From an uncultured Pseudomonadales bacterium (lineage in GTDB: Bacteria; Patescibacteriota; Microgenomatia; UBA1400; PJMF01): a DNA stretch of 64,000 nucleotides. The notes below the pieces were generated by a model that did no database searches, had not been told where the DNA came from, and was given only the letters and a program-made list of their open reading frames with translations. This document shows positions 39,178-48,055 of this stretch, in pieces. The stretch lies in contig CAZPQG010000001.1 of the NCBI GenBank assembly GCA_964588685.1, positions 6,202-70,201 of the forward strand, in the 5' to 3' direction. Position numbers and translations under genes: made by a program. The first letter of the stretch is position 1, and each line of letters begins with the position of its first letter.

Positions 39178-41058
39178 TTATAATTTTGGGGTTTTATGTC
39201 TAACATAAACCCGCCTGACACCAGCTGAAGCTGATTTTTCTTTGAAAATTTCTATCGGGCTCAGCTCTCCGGTACTGTGAACATGCGGGCCGCCGCAAAG
39301 CTCTTGAGAAACCATCTTGTCTTGACCAATTTGATAAACAGTCACCGGATCCGGGTAACGTTCAGCAAAAAAAGCTAAAGCCCCTGATTTTAAAGCTGCC
39401 TTCTTAGGCATTTCCTTCTTTTTAACCGGCAAATCCTGCTCAATCCAATCATTAACTAAGTCTTCAATAGCTTGCAGCTGCTCTTTCGTAAGAGCTTCAG
39501 AGTGAGAAAAGTCAAATCTTAAACGCTGTCGATTGATGTGAGAGCCTTGCTGCTTAACATGCTGTCCTAAAATTTTTCTAAGGGCAGAGTGTAAAAGATG
39601 AGTTGTGGTGTGATAACTTGTTGTAACTTCAGACTCATCTGCTAAACCTCCTTTAAACTTTTGCTCAGAGCCTTTTTTTGAAATCTGAGCGTGTTTGCTT
39701 TTAGCTTGTTTAAAATCTTGAGCCAAATTTTTATCAAGCTGAATATTATTTAATTTAGCCTCCTCAATAGTCATCTCTAAAGGAAAGCCGTAAGTTTGAT
39801 ATAAATCATAGGCAAACTGACCGGTTAGTTTTTGCTTAGAGGTAAATTCTTGAGAAAGCTTGCGCAAACCTCTATTGAGTGTTTTTTTAAATTTATCAAT
39901 TTCCTGAGTAATAACTGTTTCAATTTCTGCCTGGTTTCGCTTGATAGCCGGCTTAACTTCAGCATAAAGCTCAGCAGTGACTGGCACCAGCCCGGTTAAA
40001 ACTTGCGTGTCATCAGTCAATTTTAAATTGTATCTAGCAGCACGCCTCAAGAGTCGACGCACTAAATAACCTCTATCCTTATTGCTTGGTTTAACTCCAT
40101 CACTAATGAGCATCACCGCTGCTTTCATGTGATCACTTATAATTCTAAAGCTGACTTTATTTTGTTGATATTTTTTATCTACTGTCTGCTCGATTTTTTT
40201 AATCAAGGGCAAAAATAAATCAGTTTGAAAAATATCAGGCTGCTGCTGAGCTGCTGCCAAAATTCTTTCCAAGCCCCCTCCAAAATCAATATTTTTTTGC
40301 GGTAGTTCTTTAAAGCCTGTTTTTGTTTTTTGATATTGCATAAAAACACTATTACCTATTTCCAAAAAACGGCCGCAATCACAATTAATATGACACGGCT
40401 GATCTGCAAATTTTGATTTTTCATGAAACTTAAAATTTGGTCCAAAATCATAAAATACCTCGCTGTCAGGCCCGCCGGGTTCTCCAACTGGCATTTGATC
40501 CGGATTACCGTTTCGAGACCACCAATTTTTATCTGCTGAATAATAAAAAATCCTACCTTTATTTAGACCCTTCTGCCTCGGATTTTCTACAATTTCAGCC
40601 GTGATTCCCTGCTGGGCAAATAGATTCTGCCAAATCCGGGCAGACTGCTTATCAGGTTCTATTTGATATTTATTACTGCCGGCAAAAACAGATACATATA
40701 AATTTTCCGCCGGCAGCTGCACTTCCTCAATCAAAAATTGGAAAAACCATCTTAGCTGCTCCTCTTTAAAATAATCTCCTAAAGACCAATTACCCAGCAT
40801 CTCAAAAAAAGTGGTGTGGCGATTATCACCCACCTCTTCTATATCTTGCGAACGAAAGCAGCGTTGGGAATTAGTAATTCTTTTCCCTTTTGGATGCGGT
40901 TCACCCAGTAAATAAGGCATCATTGCTTGCATTCCGGCAGTAGTAAAAAGTGTAGTAGGATCATTTGCCGGGACTAAAGAAACTGAAGAAGTCACAGCGT
41001 GGCCTCTTTTGGAGAAAAAGTCTAAATATTTTTTTCTTAATTGTTCAGCCGTAAGCAT
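39178..41058 (-). CDS. alaS: alanine--tRNA ligase, short form (catalytic, tRNA-recognition and editing domains; no C-Ala domain)
   Basis: MLTAEQLRKKYLDFFSKRGH...FTTAGMQAMMPY...RCFRSQDIE...; editing-domain HxxxH and CxxxH (…CGGPHVHSTGE…). 626 aa; typical bacterial AlaRS is ~870. Confidence 0.88.
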   Translation of the reverse strand: MLTAEQLRKKYLDFFSKRGHAVTSSVSLVPANDPTTLFTTAGMQAMMPYLLGEPHPKGKRITNSQRCFRSQDIEEVGDNRHTTFFEMLGNWSLGDYFKEEQLRWFFQFLIEEVQLPAENLYVSVFAGSNKYQIEPDKQSARIWQNLFAQQGITAEIVENPRQKGLNKGRIFYYSADKNWWSRNGNPDQMPVGEPGGPDSEVFYDFGPNFKFHEKSKFADQPCHINCDCGRFLEIGNSVFMQYQKTKTGFKELPQKNIDFGGGLERILAAAQQQPDIFQTDLFLPLIKKIEQTVDKKYQQNKVSFRIISDHMKAAVMLISDGVKPSNKDRGYLVRRLLRRAARYNLKLTDDTQVLTGLVPVTAELYAEVKPAIKRNQAEIETVITQEIDKFKKTLNRGLRKLSQEFTSKQKLTGQFAYDLYQTYGFPLEMTIEEAKLNNIQLDKNLAQDFKQAKSKHAQISKKGSEQKFKGGLADESEVTTSYHTTTHLLHSALRKILGQHVKQQGSHINRQRLRFDFSHSEALTKEQLQAIEDLVNDWIEQDLPVKKKEMPKKAALKSGALAFFAERYPDPVTVYQIGQDKMVSQELCGGPHVHSTGELSPIEIFKEKSASAGVRRVYVRHKTPKL

Positions 41059-41267
41059 AACCTGGTTCCTAAATAATTTTGTAAAATTAGTTTATAAAAT
41101 TACCTAATTATGGATGACTCTTAAATTTTATCAGATAATTTTGATAAGCCAATAATAATCAAAAAAACGGACTCATTTAGAGGCAATGTCGATCAATTAA
41201 CCTCAATATTAGATTGAAGGCAAATAAACTTGCAGGCGAATAGATCAATGCAAAGCCCGGAGATTTA

Positions 41268-41621
41268 TTATTCTTTTTCCAAACCTTTAAATTTCTGAGG
41301 CTGTTTTGGCTTAATACCAGAGTGGCGGCGCTTAGCATCTTTAATGACTATTGTTTTTTCCCGTCGCTTTTTTTTAATCACATCAATCCCCAGTAAAACA
41401 TTGATTATCTCTTTAAGCTTTAGGTCGCCAATAGTAAACTCTGAAACTGCCGGCATTTCTTTTTGCACAGCCTGCCATTTATCTTTAAAAGAATTTTGCA
41501 GCTCCCGGCCTTCTTTGGTATTAAGCAAGAAATAACTAGTGGAGCCAAGTAAAAATCCCATTAACAATCCGGTAGCAAATTCAGTTTTCTTTTTTTGATT
41601 TTTAGACTGCGGCATAAACAC
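41268..41621 (-). CDS. YtxH-like small membrane protein (general stress family)
   Basis: N-terminal GLLMGFLLGSTSYFLLNTKEGRELQNSFKDKW resembles YtxH. Confidence 0.45.
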   Translation of the reverse strand: MFMPQSKNQKKKTEFATGLLMGFLLGSTSYFLLNTKEGRELQNSFKDKWQAVQKEMPAVSEFTIGDLKLKEIINVLLGIDVIKKKRREKTIVIKDAKRRHSGIKPKQPQKFKGLEKE

Positions 41622-41676
41622 GATCCTTTACAACCATCTTTAATAAAAGATTGATGACTCTGTCAACCAAACTAAA

Positions 41677-41970
41677 TTAGTTTTTCTTTTCAGTCGGACT
41701 TTCATTCCCCTTTTTCTTATTCAGAAAATTAACAAAGCCTTCAAACACTTTAACTCCGGTCTTAACTCCGGCAGCAATTCCGGAAAGATTTTGCAGTGGT
41801 TCAGTAATAGCTTTAATTTTTTCTTCCGTCTCATCAAAAACAGTATTAATCTTATCTAAAGCCTCACGAAAAGATTTCAAAACTAAAATAAGATGTACAC
41901 CCACTGCCACTAAAGTAGCAGACAAAACTACTAATACTACCGCGAATAAATAAGGTAAAAAATCTGCCAT
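41677..41970 (-). CDS. DUF948/YtxG-like small membrane protein
   Basis: N-terminal TM helix then coiled-coil; adjacent to the YtxH-like gene. Confidence 0.4.
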   Translation of the reverse strand: MADFLPYLFAVVLVVLSATLVAVGVHLILVLKSFREALDKINTVFDETEEKIKAITEPLQNLSGIAAGVKTGVKVFEGFVNFLNKKKGNESPTEKKN

Positions 41971-42128
41971 ATGTGTTAAATAATTATTATTGTGTAATAT
42001 ATTAACTCAGCCAATAATTTATGATTTCAGCTAATAATTTATAAATTAATCTAAAACTAGTTTAATTATCCCCCCTGTATTTCTAATTTGTAATATATCA
42101 TTTTAAAAAATAAAAGCTAATTAAGTTA

Positions 42129-42773
42129 TTAAAATCTCACATAAACTGTAATCTGTTCAATATTAGTTTTGCCTCGTTGATCAATTGCTTCTACTGTCAA
42201 AGTAGTAATTCCTTCTTTAGGTAAATAAATTTCACTGCGAAAGGATCCATCCGGATTCAATGACACGGGCTGAGCATTAACAGTCACAATTGATTCAGGA
42301 TCTGTCTGTCCACTCACTACTATTTCTGAGGAAACAAATTCATTTTCACTAGGATTATGAATTTCTAGTTTAGGAGGTTTATTTAAACTATGCCACTGCC
42401 AGCCCACATAGGCCAGTAAAGTAAAGAATACAGCAGCCACAACTACAGTCACCAAGGAAGCAGACCGCCACCAATTTTGTCTTTTTACTCCGGGATTAAT
42501 AAAATCTCTGGGTTGAAGCTGTCCTTGATTATCTTCTTGAAAATCTCGACGCAGTAAGGCTAAAAGAGATTTTTGATCAAGATCAAGCACTCGGGCATAG
42601 GCTTTGATATATCCTTTCACAAAAGTGCCGGGAGGTAATTTGTCGAATTGATTATTTTCTAAATATTGTAAGTATTTACTTTTAATTTTGGTCAATTGAG
42701 CCATCCTGGACAAAGTAATACTTTGCCTTTGTCTTTCTTCAGTTAAAATTCTGCCGATTTTTTTAGTTTGCAT
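42129..42773 (-). CDS. RodZ-like helix-turn-helix membrane protein
   Basis: N-terminal XRE-type HTH (ITLSRMAQLTKIKSKYLQYLENNQFDKLP), one TM helix (LVTVVVAAVFFTLLAYVGW), C-terminal beta-rich domain. Confidence 0.6.
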   Translation of the reverse strand: MQTKKIGRILTEERQRQSITLSRMAQLTKIKSKYLQYLENNQFDKLPPGTFVKGYIKAYARVLDLDQKSLLALLRRDFQEDNQGQLQPRDFINPGVKRQNWWRSASLVTVVVAAVFFTLLAYVGWQWHSLNKPPKLEIHNPSENEFVSSEIVVSGQTDPESIVTVNAQPVSLNPDGSFRSEIYLPKEGITTLTVEAIDQRGKTNIEQITVYVRF

Positions 42774-42816
42774 AAGCTCATAGTGAGCAGCCGGTCATGA
42801 CAAACAGCTAAAAGAA

Positions 42817-43260
42817 TTAATTATCTTCTTCAGCCATTAATTCTCTAACTAGTTCCGCAATTTTGGCTCCCTCAGCTTGATTACTTACTTTTTCTTTGAC
42901 TTTGCCAATTAAAGGACCTGCTTGGTCAAGATTGGTTTTAGTTTTCACTTGTTTAATAATTTTTCTTAATTCATCGTCAGATAACTGAGGCGGTAAAAAT
43001 TCCTGCAGAATTGAAATTTTTTGCTGCGCTTCTGTCACTAAATCTTGTCGATGACCCTGCTTATAATCAATAATAGCGTCTTTCCACTGCTTGATTTGAC
43101 GCTGTACGATTTCTTGCACCTGGACATCATCAAGTTCCCCTTGATCAATTTCAGTATTTTTAATCCTAGACCTCAGAAGACGAATGACATCTAATCTAAG
43201 TTTTTCTCCTGCCTTCATGGCCTGCTTCATTTCTTTGTTTAACCGTTTCTTTAATGACAT
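42817..43260 (-). CDS. yqeY: GatB/YqeY domain protein
   Basis: MSLKKRLNKEMKQAMKAGEKLRLDVIRLLRSRIKN... characteristic YqeY N-terminus. Confidence 0.75.
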   Translation of the reverse strand: MSLKKRLNKEMKQAMKAGEKLRLDVIRLLRSRIKNTEIDQGELDDVQVQEIVQRQIKQWKDAIIDYKQGHRQDLVTEAQQKISILQEFLPPQLSDDELRKIIKQVKTKTNLDQAGPLIGKVKEKVSNQAEGAKIAELVRELMAEEDN

Positions 43261-43292
43261 AGAAATATTAATAACTTATATTTGTCCACTTG

Positions 43293-43366
43293 TGGATCCG
43301 AGCTGACTCGAACAGCTGACCTCTCCGATGTGAACGGAGCGCTCTAACCAACTGAGCTACGGATCC
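43293..43366 (-). tRNA. tRNA-Val (anticodon CAC); CCA not encoded
   Basis: Manual cloverleaf fold: acceptor GGATCCG/CGGATCC, D-stem GCTC/GAGC, anticodon stem CTCCG/CGGAG with loop TTCACAT, T-arm AGCTG-TTCGAGT-CAGCT, discriminator A. Confidence 0.85.
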
Positions 43367-43544
43367 AAATTTTAAAATTATTATTAACTCTACAAAGAGT
43401 GATTATTACTGACTTATTATACAACACCGCCTTTCAGCACAGGACTTAATTTTTCACTGCCACTCAACAGCCTTCCTAATTCAATACTCAGCTTCAGGAC
43501 AAAAATTTAATTTTTGCTTAAGCAACCTAATTTATACTAACCTC

Positions 43545-44171
43545 ATGCTGAACCCAATTAACTGGCTCTTGCCTCAATATTGCGTCTGCTGCGGCCAAAA
43601 AGGCCGGCTGCTGTGCCTGCGTTGCTACCGATTAATTCATTTCAACTGTGGTCCTTGCACTGACTTATTTAGTCAAAAATATCTTGATCAAGCTTTAAGT
43701 TTAGCCATTTACCAACCTCCAATTTCTGATTTAATTAAAAATCTTAAGTATCACCGTATTAAAAACATTGGTAAAATTTTAGCCGAATTACTATATTTCC
43801 ATCTCAATCTACCGCAAAGCGACTTAATTGTTTGGACGCCAATTTCTCAAAGAAGATTGAATAACCGAGGTTTTAACCAAGCTCAACTAATAGGCGAAAA
43901 CTTAGGACAATTAACTCACACACCCAGTGTGCCCCTTTTAATAAAAACCCGCCATACTGCCAAACAAGCTAGTAGTACTTTCAAACAAAGGTTGAAAAAT
44001 TTAGACAACAGTTTCGGCATTGATCCTCATTACCAAAAACTTAGTAAAAATAAAACTATCATGTTGATTGATGACGTACTCAGCACGGGCAGCACTTTAA
44101 ACGAATGCGCCCGAATATTAAAATTAGCCGGCGCCAATCAAGTAATTGGCCTGGCTGCAGCCAGAAGCTGA
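43545..44171 (+). CDS. comFC: ComF family protein (ComFC-like phosphoribosyltransferase with N-terminal Cys-rich zinc finger)
   Basis: C..CC…C.RC N-terminal motif; C-terminal PRTase motif IMLIDDVLSTGSTLNECARIL. Confidence 0.7.
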   Translation: MLNPINWLLPQYCVCCGQKGRLLCLRCYRLIHFNCGPCTDLFSQKYLDQALSLAIYQPPISDLIKNLKYHRIKNIGKILAELLYFHLNLPQSDLIVWTPISQRRLNNRGFNQAQLIGENLGQLTHTPSVPLLIKTRHTAKQASSTFKQRLKNLDNSFGIDPHYQKLSKNKTIMLIDDVLSTGSTLNECARILKLAGANQVIGLAAARS

Positions 44172-44407
44172 AGCAGGCTTAAAGACAGGCTTAAAACCTT
44201 AAAAATTTAATAGCATAACCGTTATTCTTAATATTCACCAGGCTAAAAAAAGCCTAATCAATGATTTTGCTGCTGAAAAAAATATTCAAATGTCTTATAA
44301 TATTATTGATTGTCAAAAAACAGCTTTAGAAGTAATAAGAAAAAAGGCAGCTATTATTAAGTTTCAACGCTGTTTAACCAATTTTAAAAATCGCTTTATT
44401 TTTAAAA

Positions 44408-44810
44408 GGGGATGTATTGTTTAGACGCAACAGCTCTTTAACAACTGCAGACCATCTTTGATCAAGAGATGTTAAACAGGGTCAAAAAAACAACTGTCAA
44501 CAAAGTTAACAGTTTAGTTGCATCAGCTAAAGAAGCTGTCACAGGCCTCTTCAGCCCTGCAACCCCAGCTTACGCTTACGCGTAACTGGCATCTACTCGT
44601 TTCTTCTCACTGATGAGAACTGGTAGGTGACAACCCAGTCAGTGTGACAGCTAGTTTACTTCATGCCTTAAACTAGCCTAAGATTACGGCATGGCTGTGG
44701 AAAAACAGTTTGTTTGTTTTACTAATTCCACTTGAGCAAAAACAAACTATGTCTGTAGTAGTTGCTAATTTGCTAGTTGACGGACAGGGGGTCACTCCCC
44801 CTCATCTCCA
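44408..44810 (+). ncRNA. ssrA: transfer-messenger RNA (tmRNA, SsrA); tag reading frame ends ...ATPAYAYA-stop (TAA at 44583-44585)
   Basis: 5' GGGGATG pairs with 3' CATCTCC (44803-44809), giving a 7-bp acceptor stem with the G3-U70 wobble (alanine identity), discriminator A at 44810, and T-arm AGGGG-GTCACTC-CCCCT. An internal frame GCA ACC CCA GCT TAC GCT TAC GCG TAA resembles canonical tag ends (…YALAA*). Lies in a 730-bp ORF-free region. Confidence 0.75.
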
Positions 44811-44903
44811 CACTAATTAGCTATCATTTAAGTTCCCTTGTTATTAAATTATTTTAGTCCAGTGTGGATTGTTGCCTTTTAACTTAGTTGTTAAAATGAT
44901 TTC

Positions 44904-45665
44904 ATGCAAAAATCCGCTCAACCTCTTAAGGCTCTCTTTCTTTCAGCCGGTTACGGCACTCGTTTAAAAAAAATTGGCGAGAAAACTCCTAAAGGTTTGT
45001 TTAAAAACAAGCAAAATCAATCCATTACTGATATGATTATTGGCTGCTTGCAGCACCTTAATCAAGTTGATGAATTGGCCTTAGTTTCAAATAATCGTTT
45101 TTACCAAGACTATCAACAATATCTGGGGCGCCATTATCCTGATCTGGAGATTAAGCTTTTAAATGACCAAACTAACAATCCTCAGGAAAAATTGGGCTCA
45201 CTTGGAGATTTAATCTTTGCTTTGAATCAATTAAATTGGTGGCAAGATTCAATTTTAGTTTTAGCCAGTGATCGCACCCCGGAAAACATCATCCCTCAAC
45301 TGTTAAAGTTATTTACCCGGCATCCGAATGCGTTTATTACTTGTGTGAAAAAACAAACCAAAGAAATTATTAAAAACCGCTCCGGGTGTGCTGTGTTGAA
45401 TAGGCAACAGCAAATTATTGACTTTGAAGAAAAACCGGCTCAGCCTAAAAGCAACTATCAAGCCATTCCTTTTTATATTTTTCCTAAAAATTCGCTGGTT
45501 CTATTAAAAAAATACCAGCAGCAAAAACAAAATTTAGATTCACCGGGCAACATTATCCCCTGGCTGCTGCAGCATAAATTTCCGGTTTACACTCATATCA
45601 CCCAAAAAGATTCTTTTGATATCGGCAATCTGGAAGATTTAAAAAAATTTAAAAAGAGGCCTTAA
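44904..45665 (+). CDS. sugar-phosphate nucleotidyltransferase (NTP_transferase family)
   Basis: N-terminal LSAGYGTRLKKIGEKTPKGL matches the G-x-G-T-R-L…PK motif of glucose-1-P thymidylyl/uridylyltransferases. Confidence 0.6.
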   Translation: MQKSAQPLKALFLSAGYGTRLKKIGEKTPKGLFKNKQNQSITDMIIGCLQHLNQVDELALVSNNRFYQDYQQYLGRHYPDLEIKLLNDQTNNPQEKLGSLGDLIFALNQLNWWQDSILVLASDRTPENIIPQLLKLFTRHPNAFITCVKKQTKEIIKNRSGCAVLNRQQQIIDFEEKPAQPKSNYQAIPFYIFPKNSLVLLKKYQQQKQNLDSPGNIIPWLLQHKFPVYTHITQKDSFDIGNLEDLKKFKKRP

Positions 45666-45778
45666 GGAAATATTTGCCGTCATCAATTTTCCGGCAAATG
45701 GTATTTTTGCCGACAGCACAAAATTTTTAAAAATCACTTTCAGCAACGCAATGCATCGCAGTAAAAGTAAAATCAAAA

Positions 45779-47956
45779 TCAATCTTCATCATTATCTATC
45801 TTTGCTAAATAAGCTTCTAGTTCAGCCTCTTTAATTTCTCTAGCTTTACTGCCTTCATGCGGACCGATTAGTCCGGCCTCAAACAATTGATCTAAAATAC
45901 GAGCCGCTCGATTGTAGCCAATACGCAGCCGTCTTTGTAACAAAGAAGCCGAGGCTTTGCCTCTTTTGCGAAAAACGCGAACAGCATCATCAAACAATTC
46001 ATCTCGCTGCATTGCTTCCTCAACACCACCGGAACCGGTGATTTGATTAGCCTTGTATTTAGCAGTCACATCTTCTTCATAATCAGGCTCTTGACCATGT
46101 GACTTTAGATAATCAATTAAAGCTTTAGTTTCTTTGCCCGAAACAAACGTGCCCTGAATTCGAATTGGCTTTGCTCTTTCCGGCGCTTGATATAGCATAT
46201 CTCCTCGACCCAGTAACTTTTCCGCTCCTGGCGAATCTAAAATAACTCTAGAATCAGTTAAAGAAGACACCTGAAAGGCAATCCGGGCCGGAATATTGGC
46301 TTTAATTAAACCTGTAATTACATCGACCGATGGTCTTTGTGTAGAGAGAATTAAATGAATGCCAACTGCCCTGCCCATCTGTGCAATACGAGTGATCGAG
46401 CTCTCCACATCTCCGGGAGCAAACATCATAATGTCTGCCATTTCATCCACCACAACAATTAAATTTGGCATGGCAGCTAAACCAGCCAGCTCATTGTAAG
46501 CAGCAATATTTTTTACCCCCACTTCCTCTAAAAGCTTATAGCGCTTTTCCATTTGATTTTCTGTCCACTTTAACGCAGAAATAACCTTCTTAGGCTCAAC
46601 AATCACCGGTGTAATTAAATGCGGGATATCTTGATATTGAGTGAGCTCGACACGTTTGGGATCTACTAAAATCAAATTTAATTCGGAAGGACTGGCTCTA
46701 AATAACAAAGAGCTTAAAAAATTATTAATACAAACTGATTTACCGGAACCGGTAGAACCGGCAATCAGTAAATGAGGCATCCGAGAAATATCAGCAATAA
46801 CAGAGTCGCCGGCTACATCAATACCCAAACCGACAGCTAATTTTGAATGATGTTTTTTTAAAACACTAGAACCAAGAATTTCTTTTAAGGTCACAAATTC
46901 AAAAGATCGATTAGGCACCTCAATACCGATTAAAGAACGACCGGCGATTGGTGCTTCAATACGAATTTGGCCGGTAGGAGCAGCCAAAGCCATGGCTAAA
47001 TCAGTTGACAAACTAGTAATACGTGATAATTTAGTGCCTTTTGCTACCTCCAGCGCATATTGAGTCACTGACGGGCCAAAATTTACTTCTTTGACAGTAG
47101 CTTGAATGCCGAACGAGTCCAAAGTTCCCTCAATAATATCGGCATTTTGATTAACATCTCCTCTGTCAGCCTCTCCGCCCTTGGCATCAGACAATAAAGA
47201 CAAAGGAGGATAGTCCCACACTAAAGGCAAATTGCTGGGAGTCATTAAGTCTTTATCTGCTTCTATTTCATCCTGATCAATTTTAGCATCAGATTTTGCT
47301 TGAGCTGCTTTTTGAGCAGCAGCAACAGCAGTGCCGCTTTGATCATCGCCTATTCCTTGCTTTTTGAGATCTGCCTTAGTGACTTTAACTTTGTTCTTTT
47401 TTTTATTTTTAAGATTTGATAGTTGGTTAATAAAAGGTAATTTTTTCTTTTGTTTTTCAACCTTAATATTAAGTTTCTTTTCTTTTAGCTTTTCTAGTCC
47501 TTGATTAATGAATGCTACCAACTCAGTTAAAGAAGCTTGGAACGCAATTAAAACAGCCACTATCATTAATCCAATCGCAGTAATGTAGGTACCGATTGGA
47601 TTTAACAAGCGGGCGATATTGGCGTAAGTTTGCTCTCCAATCTCGCCGGTCTGAAAAGCAATGCTAAAAGCCATAGCAAAAATTAACAAACCCAACAACA
47701 TATTGGGTTCAGACCATTTCCATTTAGCTTGCAGCATAACTAATCCCCAAGAAATAAAAATCAAGGGTAAAAATAGCATCCCTAAGCCGAGCTTTAAACT
47801 TAAAAAAGAATAGAGCTGTTGGAGAATTTCACCCTGGCCGGTAAAAGAAACTGCAATCAACAAACCCAGCAACATAAAAAAAACTGCTAAAATAGAATGC
47901 AGAGTATTAGCTTCAATTTTGAGTTTAATTGGTTTATTTTTTTTACGTCTTCCCAT
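45779..47956 (-). CDS. ftsK: DNA translocase FtsK/SpoIIIE
   Basis: N-terminal TM helices; motor domain Walker A (AGSTGSGKS); C-terminal gamma winged helix (LLQRRLRIGYNRAARILDQLFEAGLIGP). Confidence 0.9.
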   Translation of the reverse strand: MGRRKKNKPIKLKIEANTLHSILAVFFMLLGLLIAVSFTGQGEILQQLYSFLSLKLGLGMLFLPLIFISWGLVMLQAKWKWSEPNMLLGLLIFAMAFSIAFQTGEIGEQTYANIARLLNPIGTYITAIGLMIVAVLIAFQASLTELVAFINQGLEKLKEKKLNIKVEKQKKKLPFINQLSNLKNKKKNKVKVTKADLKKQGIGDDQSGTAVAAAQKAAQAKSDAKIDQDEIEADKDLMTPSNLPLVWDYPPLSLLSDAKGGEADRGDVNQNADIIEGTLDSFGIQATVKEVNFGPSVTQYALEVAKGTKLSRITSLSTDLAMALAAPTGQIRIEAPIAGRSLIGIEVPNRSFEFVTLKEILGSSVLKKHHSKLAVGLGIDVAGDSVIADISRMPHLLIAGSTGSGKSVCINNFLSSLLFRASPSELNLILVDPKRVELTQYQDIPHLITPVIVEPKKVISALKWTENQMEKRYKLLEEVGVKNIAAYNELAGLAAMPNLIVVVDEMADIMMFAPGDVESSITRIAQMGRAVGIHLILSTQRPSVDVITGLIKANIPARIAFQVSSLTDSRVILDSPGAEKLLGRGDMLYQAPERAKPIRIQGTFVSGKETKALIDYLKSHGQEPDYEEDVTAKYKANQITGSGGVEEAMQRDELFDDAVRVFRKRGKASASLLQRRLRIGYNRAARILDQLFEAGLIGPHEGSKAREIKEAELEAYLAKIDNDED

Positions 47957-48055
47957 AAAAATAGTATAGCAATAAAAAGCCGGAAATTAAAAGCAGCTCA
48001 TAACTTGTTATTATTTTTGACTTAACCCTCTAAATTTAAATTGTTAGTTAGTTTG

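Noticed and set aside
43293-44810. Possible integrated mobile element at the tRNA-Val / tmRNA locus
   Set aside because: tRNA and tmRNA genes are classic integration sites, but the intervening and flanking genes (comFC, nucleotidyltransferase, ftsK) are housekeeping. No integrase, direct-repeat att duplicate or compositional shift is visible.
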